A DNA stretch of 63,804 nucleotides, counting the filler, from Lenisia limosa (Eukaryota; Protista; Breviatea): NCBI GenBank assembly GCA_001655205.1. It is 6 parts of 6 records of this genome, joined end to end, with 100 filler letters (N's around TTAATTAATTAA, not from the genome) between each part and the next. Parts side by side here need not be neighbours in the genome. Positions count along the whole stretch, not along the records: positions 31,790 to 53,808 come from LPNZ01008244.1; 5 more parts are not named here. The stretch is one strand, 5' to 3'. The number at the start of each line of letters is the position of its first letter. The first letter of the stretch is position 1. The translations under genes and the position numbers were made by a program. The notes under the pieces are model-generated. The model did no database searches. It had not been told where the DNA came from and saw only the letters and a program-made list of their open reading frames with translations. Positions 34,131 to 43,983 of this stretch are shown here, one piece after another.

Positions 34131-36111
34131 TGTATCTTTTTCTGTCTTTAACGATTCTAAAGAAATAGAGTTTTCAACATGTCCTTGTATCGATGATGCT
34201 TGCCATTCTTTTTTGTTGAATATTGCAATTATAGAATGATGTTTTAGGTCGTTTTTCAAGTAAGGTGACGTGGGGATATGGGCAATTGAAAAATAACTAA
34301 AAAGACGGAAATGAAAAGAGAAAAAAAAGAAAAAAAAAATACAGAAAAAGAAGGATTATAGTCTAATATCAATTCACCCAATCAATACACACGTTTAATT
34401 CAACTGATTATTACAATTAGAGACATACAAAAACGTGCATAAGGCAAGCTTGGATCCTAGACACAGGCGAGGAGTCACAAACACCTCCAAATACCAGGGA
34501 ATGTTTGCCGCAGATGGTACCAATTCGCTTTGCTAAGTTTGTGGGACCAGTCCATCCCACTGCAGTCCCTCACCCTGCCGCTGGAGCCCGAGAGCGCCTG
34601 GGACATCCGTACGTTCGCTACCATCAACATTGTCAACAATGTACATATTGTAATACATATGATTCTATACATACATACACACCATGCAGGACATTTACTG
34701 ATCAAGTAATTGTTGACAGCACCTTTTCACTGAAGAAATCAGTAAATAAAGTTTGAACTACATGTACATACATATATATATAAATCTACACGATATGATA
34801 TGGCTATCAGATATGATCCGATTTATGAATATCAGATCAGATTCTATGTATGTCCATTGTATATAAGTCTCACGTAATTGTTTCTCTCTTACTTGCCTAA
34901 TTTAGGTTATTTATTATAACTTCACTATGATATTTTGTATTGTGAAAAAGTTAACACTGCAGGACCCCCTCACACCGAATACATCACCTCTTGTGCAAGT
35001 ATGTAGTGAAAGAGAACTACCAATATGTCTATCGAGTAATGCTCTAGGGTTTAAGCTCTGTAATTCCAATTTCCATAAGTTACTTGATAAGACGGATGAG
35101 TTTGCAATGTTTGATCGAAAGGGAGGCCACCGCCCTTTTCGGTGATGACACGCTCGACCTGGAGCCCCATGTCCTGCTGACTCGGCTGCAGAAAATTGGA
35201 CGGGACCTGTGGCCGTATGTGGCCTCCAATAAGGCCTTTACCACCATCACCAGCTGGCAGGACGCCGTGAATCTATCAAAGGTGGGTGGTTGTCTGTGAT
35301 TCTGCTCTTCTAATATTTTTTCGAAAGGTGGATCTCTTCCCGGCATGCGCCCTCTCAATGCCATTTTCCACATAAAGAGCTTGCAATGGATTGCCTGCAA
35401 TATTGTTTTATAACTTAGGGGGGGGGGGCGGTATTATGTTAAAACAATTCGTAGACTATTGATATTCATCGAGGAAATATTGTGACAATATGTCTGTTTC
35501 GGTCTGATGTGTGTGTGTGTGGGGGTCAATTGCTGTTTGATGTCTTGTTATTGTGGTCTTTTTTAGCCCAATGGTGCATATTGGGATATTGCTTGACAAT
35601 ATAGCTCGGTGCAACGGTGAATAACCGGATCAATGAGGCCAAGCGGATTTCAGACTTTGTTTGCGGCCATGTGGTAAGCTATGAGTACCAAAAGTGCTAC
35701 CTGTACTCACTCACTCCTAGGACTTCTAACGTGGGAAGCCTTCTCACTCCAAAATACAAATACATCTTTGGTTTTATTATTCTCTGGTACCTCCTGAATC
35801 AGTTGTAGAGGTCCTCCTGGGTTATTTTAGAGGGGCTTATATTCATAGATAGCTGTGTTACAAGGAAAATAATATTTCAACGGCTTTTGTCAAATAACCT
35901 GGTTTCATTGATATAAACATATCGCATCGTCCATTCTTTTTTTCTTTTTCCTGAATAACAACTTTTGCCTCTTTATTCACAGTTTCTTTGTTTCAGAGTT
36001 CTATTGAGTGATAAAACATCAATTTTGAAACAATGAAGAATAGGTTGTATATATTTGCCCCTTAAAACTATTTTTTTCAACTATATTTGGAAATAGTCGA
36101 AATATTTAAGC

Positions 36112-36117
36112 TTAACC
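36112..36117. repeat. Left target-site duplication TTAACC
   Basis: Identical hexamer at 53503-53508 immediately outside the right TIR. Confidence 0.9.
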
Positions 36118-36156
36118 CATCATAAGCAGCTAACCCGAAAAAGGGGGGGGGGTTTT
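36118..36156 (+). repeat. Left terminal inverted repeat (39 bp)
   Basis: CATCATAAGCAGCTAACCCGAAAAAG10TTTT is the exact reverse complement of 53464-53502. Confidence 0.95.
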
Positions 36157-36749
36157 TTTAGTTTTCAAATTTTCACGTTTTTTCATTTTTGATCACACTC
36201 TATAAAATGGGGACAAAAAGCACCACAGTGAAGGAGTACACCGCCATATGTGTAGCAAGCACCCCAAAAAGCACCGTAAAGCAAAGCAAGGGAAATAATT
36301 CTTAACTTTTATATTTTCATTTTCGATCTCACTCTAACAAAGCACCCAAAAAGCACCATAACAAAACAAAAGCACAACAAAACTTCCTCAGCTAATCTCA
36401 CACTTCATAGTTTTATACGTTACATAACGCATTTTTGGTAAAAAGTATACTGAGACAACCACTTCTCTTGATACCGATTGGGCCTCCCTTGGAAAAGTTC
36501 AAAAAAAATATATATTTCTGTATATAAAATGCCCAGAACAATATCAGTAGTATATAACCAATCCAAAAAATCAGCTATATGAACACAATATTATTATTCC
36601 TATACAAAACATCCAGTTAGATATGGGGACCGCGCGGGGAAAAAAAAGTTTTCAAAAATCGTTGTTTTTTTATAGTAATCACTAATCAATGATCTGTATT
36701 ATTAAATATCTGGAATCACAAATGACAAAATATTTATATATTAAATCAA

Positions 36750-37322
36750 TTAGTATACTTTGTCTTGAGCATCGACAACCTGAGAACCATCAGTAGCAAA
36801 GGTGATTTTATACACTACAACCTTAGAGCCTTTAATAAAACACAACCCGACAGTGGCTTTTTTACTGCATAAAGCGTCTACAGAAAACAAATCCTTAAAT
36901 TCGTCGTATGAAAATTTTTTCAATAAATACCACAGCACTCCAGATTTTTTTGGACACAATTGGTCAACAGATTCATGATGAACTCTCATATAAGAATTAA
37001 TACTTTTGAGTAATTGACTTCTAACTTTCTTAGAATCATCACCAGTACTAACTTTCAAATGAATTTTAAGGAAATTTTTTTCAAATCCTTCGTTTTGTTT
37101 TAATTCTTCTATTAGTCCTTCTTTCGGTTTAACACCAAGAACTTCATCATCAGATACATCTTCATCATCAGATTCATCAGATTCATCAGATTCAACACAA
37201 TTTCTAAAATCTAAATGTAGGTAAAAATTTTTACCAATATGATTAGATAAGCTTAAAATAGTGCCATTTCTTTCCTCTTCCTCGCTTTCAACAATAGAAA
37301 CAACAGCATTAGATATATCCAT
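36750..37322 (-). CDS. Viral hypothetical protein (190 aa) with an acidic SDE repeat
   Basis: The ATG at 37322 (MDISNAVV, A-rich context) is preferred over the upstream start in the ORF track. Contains VESDESDESDDEDVSDDE. Confidence 0.7.
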   Translation of the reverse strand: MDISNAVVSIVESEEEERNGTILSLSNHIGKNFYLHLDFRNCVESDESDESDDEDVSDDEVLGVKPKEGLIEELKQNEGFEKNFLKIHLKVSTGDDSKKVRSQLLKSINSYMRVHHESVDQLCPKKSGVLWYLLKKFSYDEFKDLFSVDALCSKKATVGLCFIKGSKVVVYKITFATDGSQVVDAQDKVY

Positions 37323-37729
37323 ATTTGTTAACCGATAAAAAAACAAACAAAAAAAAACACATAAAAATTCATTCCAATACCTCTTTTTCACTTAGTTTGA
37401 AGCTACAGTTAGAATTTTCAAAAATAGAAATTTTTGTTGAAAAACGGGGCTTAGCCACTAAAACCAGCCAATTCTGACTCATATAATATATGTATAATAG
37501 TATCACTAAACAGTTCCAGGGGGAAAGGGAAAAATCACTTTTTTTGATTTTTTTTTTGAAAAAGTTTTTGAAAAAAATGCAAAAAAGTTCAAAAAAAAAA
37601 AGAAGTTGAATTCATTAATTATTTATTGATTCTATGAAAGGGATTTTTGTTTAACAAAGAGTAACAGCTAGAAAAGAGTCAATAATGTTAAAACTAACTA
37701 TATTTTAAGTTAACGCAACCCCATGTATT

Positions 37730-38785
37730 TTAGATTTCTCGTATATTTCCACTTCGAGTCATTTTCGGAATATGCTGCCTCTGAACATTTTCCTTCTCAA
37801 TTACAGGCAAATAATCAATGTTTGTATGACCTGTATTAAGTAATAGATCCTCTTCATAGTAAAATTTATCATCAGTATCTCCCTTTTCGTAACCTTCACT
37901 TAAATAGTACTGCGTTGGATTTGTTTTTCCACGCTTTGTTGACTTATATATTATAAAGGTTTTTTCACTCCAGTTAGGAGAAACATGCCTGTCACGATCC
38001 ATTCTATTTCCAATAAATTTTCTCACTACATCCCCCACCTTTAATTTTCCTGGGGGTATATCTTTATATTCTTTCTTTTTTGGTTCTGCGTTGTGAAACT
38101 GAAGATTAACTGGTCTTTCATCAGTGGCACTGTGTACCTTGTGATTATACGCCCATACAGTATCCGCTAAATATGGTTGCCAGTCATAATTTACTCGCCC
38201 AGTGTTTAGTTCAATTTTTTTCATACGCTCATAAAACGGCAAACTAATTGTAGCATTGACACGCTCGACATAACTGTTTTCATTTTTCATATATGGCGTA
38301 TTAATTATCAAGTGACTTGGCCTTCCGTTAGGGCATCGTTTTGTTTTTAAATTATCTCTAAACAGTTTATTATCAAATTCTTTTCCTGCATCAGCCTGTA
38401 GTGCGGTTGGCCACTCCTTGCAGTCCGTTAGTATCATGTCTTCAAAGGCTGACCATACTTCCTGAGAGTTAGTTGACTTAATAGGCCGACTCATTAAATA
38501 TCTGCTTCTTACTATGAGGCAGTTTAGGCACAACACCTTCTTGGTACTTCGAGCACTAGCCAAGTAGAGAACATCAATCTGGTATCTATCATAATTGTTC
38601 TGGTACTGTGGGAAATGCACAAAGTTTTTAATTGGTCCCTTAGTCCTTTGGTAGATTTCATGTTCGCCTTGGTCCTTAACAAATGCCTCAACTTCAGCTT
38701 TCGTGTAGTCTAACCCTAATTCTTCAACAACATCGTAAAATCTTCCTGTGAATCCATACTTATTCCATGCTTCAATTAATTCCAT
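37730..38785 (-). CDS. Retroviral-like (rve) DDE integrase, Polinton type
   Basis: D71 (YQIDV), D132 (QADAGKEF), E174 (NSYVERVNATI), AYNHKVHS, and a C-terminal LKVGDVVR...PNWSEKTFII typical of Polinton integrases. Confidence 0.93.
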   Translation of the reverse strand: MELIEAWNKYGFTGRFYDVVEELGLDYTKAEVEAFVKDQGEHEIYQRTKGPIKNFVHFPQYQNNYDRYQIDVLYLASARSTKKVLCLNCLIVRSRYLMSRPIKSTNSQEVWSAFEDMILTDCKEWPTALQADAGKEFDNKLFRDNLKTKRCPNGRPSHLIINTPYMKNENSYVERVNATISLPFYERMKKIELNTGRVNYDWQPYLADTVWAYNHKVHSATDERPVNLQFHNAEPKKKEYKDIPPGKLKVGDVVRKFIGNRMDRDRHVSPNWSEKTFIIYKSTKRGKTNPTQYYLSEGYEKGDTDDKFYYEEDLLLNTGHTNIDYLPVIEKENVQRQHIPKMTRSGNIREI

Positions 38786-38815
38786 TTTAGTGAAACAAAA
38801 AAAATATTTTTTATT

Positions 38816-41800
38816 TTATGTTTTCAGGTTATCTCTAATTTTTTGGATCATTCTCTCTCTGCCCTCTTCAATTCCACACTTCTTATACAACACCTCAAGT
38901 ACCCTTGTGACATGCTTACTCTTACACCTCAGCATACATTTATTTTTGTTGTCAGAAATATTTATCTTGTTTAACAGTTCAGCCACCTCGTCAACAGCCT
39001 CGTATTCAATAATAGGAGCCTTAAACTTTTTTGCTTTAATGGCCATGCGTACATTCACACACTCCAAGTCATTTAAGTCTTTCATAATTTTTATGTACTT
39101 CTTTTCAAATACGTTTTCTACCATAGCAGCACTGAAGTAGTACACTCTACTTAAATAATGAATAGAGTGACAGTTTTCAAACTTCTTAAGCTTGGACTGC
39201 CTACCAGTCTTGTGAAACTGTAGTCTCTTCTCTAGTTTAAGTAAGTCTTCTTGACATGTGTCATCTAGTGATACACACTTACCTAAGTATTTCTTTAAGT
39301 CAATCGTGCTAGTAGTGTCTCCATACATATCGTTCTCATTTGAAACATACTTAGTGCTACCAACATAGCAAGAGATCTCATCTTCATCATTCATTTCGTA
39401 TATAAGGGCTACTCTAATTCTACGAGGCTTTAATTCAACCATCCCTTCATAGTTGTAAGGCTCAAAGACAATGTCTTTAACATTTTCGTAGTCAACAATA
39501 TTTACTTGGCTAATGTCTCTACACCTACTCAAGGCAACATAGAGTGCGTTTTTAGTGAAATATGGTTTCTTATTCCTTAACTCCACATGCACATTATAGT
39601 CACCTTCAATAGTACTACCTTGAACCTTGTGAGCTGTGATTGCGTAGGCCTTATCAAAGAACTCTGCAAACTCTGCTTCAGTTACCAATACGTTGTGGTC
39701 CAACTCCACTCGATCGTCTTGTACACCAGTGACAGTATAAATTTTCGAGTTCCAAATTTCTTTCTTACCTCTGTTAACCTTACCAATGTATTCTTCTCCC
39801 ACAATACTACCAGTGAAGCTGTTATTAATACTGTGCCTCAAACTATTGGTGTAGACAATATTTTTCTTGCACTTGGCCTTAGCTGTTGTATTGAACCCAG
39901 TGATATCACTCAGAGTAATAGTCTCACTTGCTGTAATCTTGTTCATAACTTCCAACGTACTGGGAGTATATCTGTTAGCATTTTCAATGTAGCTAAGTTT
40001 AATTAAATTTTTCATTTCTTGTTTCATCACATTATTATTCTCATAGTCATATGTCTGAACACTAACTGGAGGTAGTTGATTCATATCTCCAAACATAATC
40101 ATTCGTTTGTTCATATTCATAAGGCGACACATGGCGATCACACTTACACTACTGATTTCGTCAAGAAGAATTGTCTCGTAGTGGGCAACATTACTTTTGA
40201 AGAAGCTCTCAAGTGTATAGCTGTTATCACACCCTAGTTTCTTAAGGTTTTGAACAACGTAGTTAGTTGATGATACAACACAACAGTTCTCTGTCTCACC
40301 ATATACTTTGGTAAGCAGTGTTGTTTTACCACATCCAGCTCCGCCCAATACCATACAGTTTTCATTGTTACCAGGCAATTCAGTTACAATATTCCACTGA
40401 CTAAGTGTACATTCGATATCACGCCTTGGGTAGTCAGTACAAAGCAGTCTCTTCAAGTCCATAGGTTTATCCTTGTTGAGACGCAACCTATCTGAGTTCC
40501 TCGAAGCAAACCTCTCAAGTTTCTTGGAGCATTCTTCAAAGTAAATGGCGTCTGTTCTCACAGCTACTACCTCTTCGGGACATACATTAGCAATTTGAAT
40601 TAAGTTAATGAAGTTGGAATGGATAATTTGTCTGAAGATACTGCAGTTATCACTCACTTTACGCGACCTACTTGTGGATTTCACAAAATATAAGTCACCA
40701 ACCTTCTTCACCTTACTAAACATATTTTTCTCCATGAGGTCACGATACTCCAAGAAGTCAACCAAGTTACTGTCTGTACTGGTGTACGAGTTATTTGTTG
40801 CTGTATATTTTTTGTGAAGTGTACCAATGAAGCAGTTTGGCATATTTTTATTGTCCCCTAGTTCATACTTAATGTAGTCGAGCATTAACTTAAAGGTATC
40901 ACCCTTCAGGAATGAATAGGCTTGGATTCTCGCCGTAATTGCCAAGTCCAACTTAAGTGTCTTCAACACGTACTCAATAAAGATATAGTTATAAACTCCG
41001 GGCTTAAATGGAATATGGTTGATAGTGAATTGTTCAGCCACAAAGTACTCTCCACAAACAATATCGTCTGTTGGGTTGTATGTGTAAGGCTGGAAACTAT
41101 CCAAGTTGGTATATACTGGGAAATTATTTGTGTTGCTGTGTAAAATATTCCTATAGCACCTCTTCAAGTCAATTTCATAACATTCAGGTACAGGCATCTC
41201 TTCATCATCTTCATTATATTCTTGATCTGGAGTTTTTACTACACCAGTTATGGGACCAACAAAATTGTTATCAAAAATATTTCTTGTTCCCTCGTTATAG
41301 TACGACACAGGAATTTCACCCACCATACAGTCACACAATTTACGAGCCACTGATGAGTAGGTCATGTGATCGTCTCTAAACTGTTCGAAGGGAAACTTGG
41401 TCCTAATCTTTTTAGTATAGCTTAAGGGACACAGGCTAAACGAGTCAAGGCGTTCAATTAACATGGGACATTCTTTATTGGGATAAACCATTAGAGACAC
41501 TTCCATCCGTGAGTCAAAGTCCAAACTATTAATTTGAGTTCCTGTTGTTTCGTGAATAGCAGCAACAATTGGTTCAAGAGGATTTTTAATAATAATTCTT
41601 CTGTAACCTTTCGTGTAGTAGTCCATCATTTCCTTTTCAGAAAAGCCATAGACATCTTCACTACTGAGGTCCAGTGTTTTAGGGTTTAAGTCTTGAATTT
41701 CAATCATTCTGTCCTTGCCAGCCAGTGTGCGTATGTCGCCATTACCATACAATATTTGCTGAATAACGTCTACGTCAGTAATGAGGTCGACATGGTTGTT

Positions 41801-42976
41801 GTTCACATATATACAAATTACGTTGTCAGTTTTTTGGGACTTGTCATGTTTGTTGTACCGAACTAGTACCTTCTTGTCAGGTCCAACTACATAGGCCGTA
41901 ACACTCGGATACCTGTCAGTCCAAACATCTAGGTCCCCAATAGAATAATTACAGTCCTTACCAACAACCTTGTTGAAGTCATTAAAGAATTCAGGTTTAC
42001 TCATTGTTTTGAAGGGAGATCGGAACTTACACTTATCCCATAATATGGTAACTAAGCACTTGCCGTCCTCACTTGGAACATAGTAGTTTAAAAATTCCTG
42101 TTTCAAGACTTCTTGACCAATCAGTAAAGCATTAATATTGATTTTGTTAATGGGATGAATATTTAAAACTTCAATGAGTTCTACTTTGCCTCCACTATCA
42201 ATGAATCCATCCTCTCTGTCAAGTTCCTTCTGGACTGCAAACTGTAACTTAACGTTTTCAATCCCTGTATCCATGTCTTTTGGCACAAAGAATTGTTCTA
42301 CTGACTGCCATCTCGTCTTAGTGGTACCCAAACGATCTTCACCTCCGTCCTCTGGTTTAAATTCATAAAGCACAGTGACTCTGTAGAGATTATGGGTCTC
42401 AAACTTAGCTACATTATCAATGATTCTTGTTAATTCAGCAGGAGTAAACTTCTGGAGATTTACAACGCCTAAGGTATCATAGTTGTCCTCCAAAAGCTGT
42501 GTGATACGCGATAAGTCATTGGTTCTTACACCTCTGGTAGCTCCTAAGTTTTTAGTGTAATCACTCTTCTTAGTAGCAGCTCTAGTCTTACGCAGTTTAT
42601 CAACAGCATTCTTAACGTTCTTGACGGTTTTATTGTTCAAGACAATATTGTTATCCTTAGCGTATTGCTGGTACTTGTAGTCATTGGTTGTCTTATCAAT
42701 TGGATCAGCCCTAGCCCTTCTTGTACCCTTTAATATATTTGTAAAGTCAGGAGCAGTGTTAGCTCTCTGTTTTTGTTTCTCTTCAATAGCTTTCATTTGT
42801 TCCACTATAGCTAAATATTCTCTCTGACTAATCTTATGGCTAGTCGTATTGTTTGAATACTTGTTGTTATAGAGATCAATGTTGGCTTCTTTAATTTTGT
42901 TTTTTTTGTAGGCAGTTACTCCCTCAGAGGGGTCAATAACCTTTTTACCGTACCTGTGCAATTGGGTGTTTTTCAT
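38816..42976 (-). CDS. 1386-aa replication protein: OTU-like domain, derived family-B polymerase, SF1 helicase, GIY-YIG-like domain
   Basis: PolB motifs EIDLKRCY (D603), KNMPNCFIG and VRTDAIYF (D809). SF1 motifs GGAGCGKTT, LLDEIS, FGDMNQLPPV, AYAITAHKVQGST and LYVALSR. C-terminal IYE...CYVGST...RLQFH. N-terminal PSEDGKC (C307) and NNHVDL (H395). Confidence 0.85.
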   Translation of the reverse strand: MKNTQLHRYGKKVIDPSEGVTAYKKNKIKEANIDLYNNKYSNNTTSHKISQREYLAIVEQMKAIEEKQKQRANTAPDFTNILKGTRRARADPIDKTTNDYKYQQYAKDNNIVLNNKTVKNVKNAVDKLRKTRAATKKSDYTKNLGATRGVRTNDLSRITQLLEDNYDTLGVVNLQKFTPAELTRIIDNVAKFETHNLYRVTVLYEFKPEDGGEDRLGTTKTRWQSVEQFFVPKDMDTGIENVKLQFAVQKELDREDGFIDSGGKVELIEVLNIHPINKININALLIGQEVLKQEFLNYYVPSEDGKCLVTILWDKCKFRSPFKTMSKPEFFNDFNKVVGKDCNYSIGDLDVWTDRYPSVTAYVVGPDKKVLVRYNKHDKSQKTDNVICIYVNNNHVDLITDVDVIQQILYGNGDIRTLAGKDRMIEIQDLNPKTLDLSSEDVYGFSEKEMMDYYTKGYRRIIIKNPLEPIVAAIHETTGTQINSLDFDSRMEVSLMVYPNKECPMLIERLDSFSLCPLSYTKKIRTKFPFEQFRDDHMTYSSVARKLCDCMVGEIPVSYYNEGTRNIFDNNFVGPITGVVKTPDQEYNEDDEEMPVPECYEIDLKRCYRNILHSNTNNFPVYTNLDSFQPYTYNPTDDIVCGEYFVAEQFTINHIPFKPGVYNYIFIEYVLKTLKLDLAITARIQAYSFLKGDTFKLMLDYIKYELGDNKNMPNCFIGTLHKKYTATNNSYTSTDSNLVDFLEYRDLMEKNMFSKVKKVGDLYFVKSTSRSRKVSDNCSIFRQIIHSNFINLIQIANVCPEEVVAVRTDAIYFEECSKKLERFASRNSDRLRLNKDKPMDLKRLLCTDYPRRDIECTLSQWNIVTELPGNNENCMVLGGAGCGKTTLLTKVYGETENCCVVSSTNYVVQNLKKLGCDNSYTLESFFKSNVAHYETILLDEISSVSVIAMCRLMNMNKRMIMFGDMNQLPPVSVQTYDYENNNVMKQEMKNLIKLSYIENANRYTPSTLEVMNKITASETITLSDITGFNTTAKAKCKKNIVYTNSLRHSINNSFTGSIVGEEYIGKVNRGKKEIWNSKIYTVTGVQDDRVELDHNVLVTEAEFAEFFDKAYAITAHKVQGSTIEGDYNVHVELRNKKPYFTKNALYVALSRCRDISQVNIVDYENVKDIVFEPYNYEGMVELKPRRIRVALIYEMNDEDEISCYVGSTKYVSNENDMYGDTTSTIDLKKYLGKCVSLDDTCQEDLLKLEKRLQFHKTGRQSKLKKFENCHSIHYLSRVYYFSAAMVENVFEKKYIKIMKDLNDLECVNVRMAIKAKKFKAPIIEYEAVDEVAELLNKINISDNKNKCMLRCKSKHVTRVLEVLYKKCGIEEGRERMIQKIRDNLKT

Positions 42977-43029
42977 GTTGCTTCTAATTTATGGAAAAAA
43001 AAATAATTATTTTAGTTTTGAAAACAATG

Positions 43030-43356
43030 TCATTTTTTGCAACTAGCACAAAGCTTACATGGTCGACCATATTTCTTCTTAATTATTGTGTCACCGCACT
43101 TTGCACATTTGTTCAGTTTAGCGACTTCTTTGTCGTATACTTCTTGGCAGTCCTTGATGTTATGAAATTTTCGCATGTGTGTTTTATATGTTTCTTTTGT
43201 TTTATAGTCCTTATCACAAACGTGACAGGTGTATGGTTTTACCACTTGTGGTTTACATTTTCCTGTTTCAGCAGATTTAGCAGTGTGATAAAAGTACGCT
43301 GATCGAGAGAAGGGTTCGTTACAATCGGGGCAGTTTTTGTAAAATGGTTTTGTCAT
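43030..43356 (-). CDS. Small viral zinc-finger protein (C2H2 plus extra Cys pairs)
   Basis: CPDC...H, CHVCDKDYKTKETYKTHMRKFH (canonical C2H2), CAKC and CKLC. Confidence 0.8.
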   Translation of the reverse strand: MTKPFYKNCPDCNEPFSRSAYFYHTAKSAETGKCKPQVVKPYTCHVCDKDYKTKETYKTHMRKFHNIKDCQEVYDKEVAKLNKCAKCGDTIIKKKYGRPCKLCASCKK

Positions 43357-43453
43357 GCTTTTAAGATTTTTTAATTTTAAAAAATGATATTTTAAAAATA
43401 TATTTTTTTCGGAACTTATTTTTTAAATATATTTTGTATAAAAAACAGAAGAC

Positions 43454-43912
43454 ATGTCATTCCTAGACTTCGTAAAGAACGGTAGTGCCGCTACTACTAC
43501 CACCAATGCTACTAAAATCCCAAATTATGAGGATTGCGTTAAACCTAATGAAACATACTGCTTGCACAACTACACCAAAACTAAGAACAGTAATGGAAAT
43601 TATTATATGATCTTAAATTATTCCAAGGACGGTATTAAAGACAATGCTGAAGCTATGTTCGCTCATCCCTGTATGTTCAGAGAAGTAACTGCAGCATTTA
43701 AACATAAATCAACTGCCTTAGAAGAGAATTATAAAAATGCCTTTGTGTACTTCAAGTATATTGGTAAAACAAAGAAACTACTTAAGTATGTTATCAGATG
43801 TGAAAAGGGTGAACAATGTGCTCCGAGTTTTGGACTAGTCGATGTCGGAGATAGTGATAGTGATAGTGATGAACAACCCGAATATACTAAGTGTAGCGAT
43901 AGTGATGATTAA
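43454..43912 (+). CDS. Viral hypothetical protein, candidate ssDNA-binding protein
   Basis: Intact ORF with an A-rich start. Tyr/Phe/Lys-rich strand-like core and a strongly acidic tail (DSDSDSDEQPEYTKCSDSDD). The function is inferred. Confidence 0.6.
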   Translation: MSFLDFVKNGSAATTTTNATKIPNYEDCVKPNETYCLHNYTKTKNSNGNYYMILNYSKDGIKDNAEAMFAHPCMFREVTAAFKHKSTALEENYKNAFVYFKYIGKTKKLLKYVIRCEKGEQCAPSFGLVDVGDSDSDSDEQPEYTKCSDSDD

Positions 43913-43983
43913 ATAAAAAAATATTTTTTTTGGACTCCACTAAAGTTGTTTTGGTATATGCCAATAAAAAAAAATTTTTTTTT

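Noticed and set aside
35450-35490. Possible fourth family-A MITE remnant (TATTGATATTCATCGAGGAAATATTG)
   Set aside because: Only the AT-rich core resembles the family, and no TIRs were found.
37323-37391. Upstream start of the 213-aa ORF in the ORF track
   Set aside because: Non-ATG start and a low-complexity Phe-rich extension. The ATG at 37322 fits the A-rich context of other viral starts.
37730-38785. Integrase as part of an LTR retrotransposon
   Set aside because: No RT, RNase H, gag or LTRs. It lies within TIRs next to DNA-virus genes.
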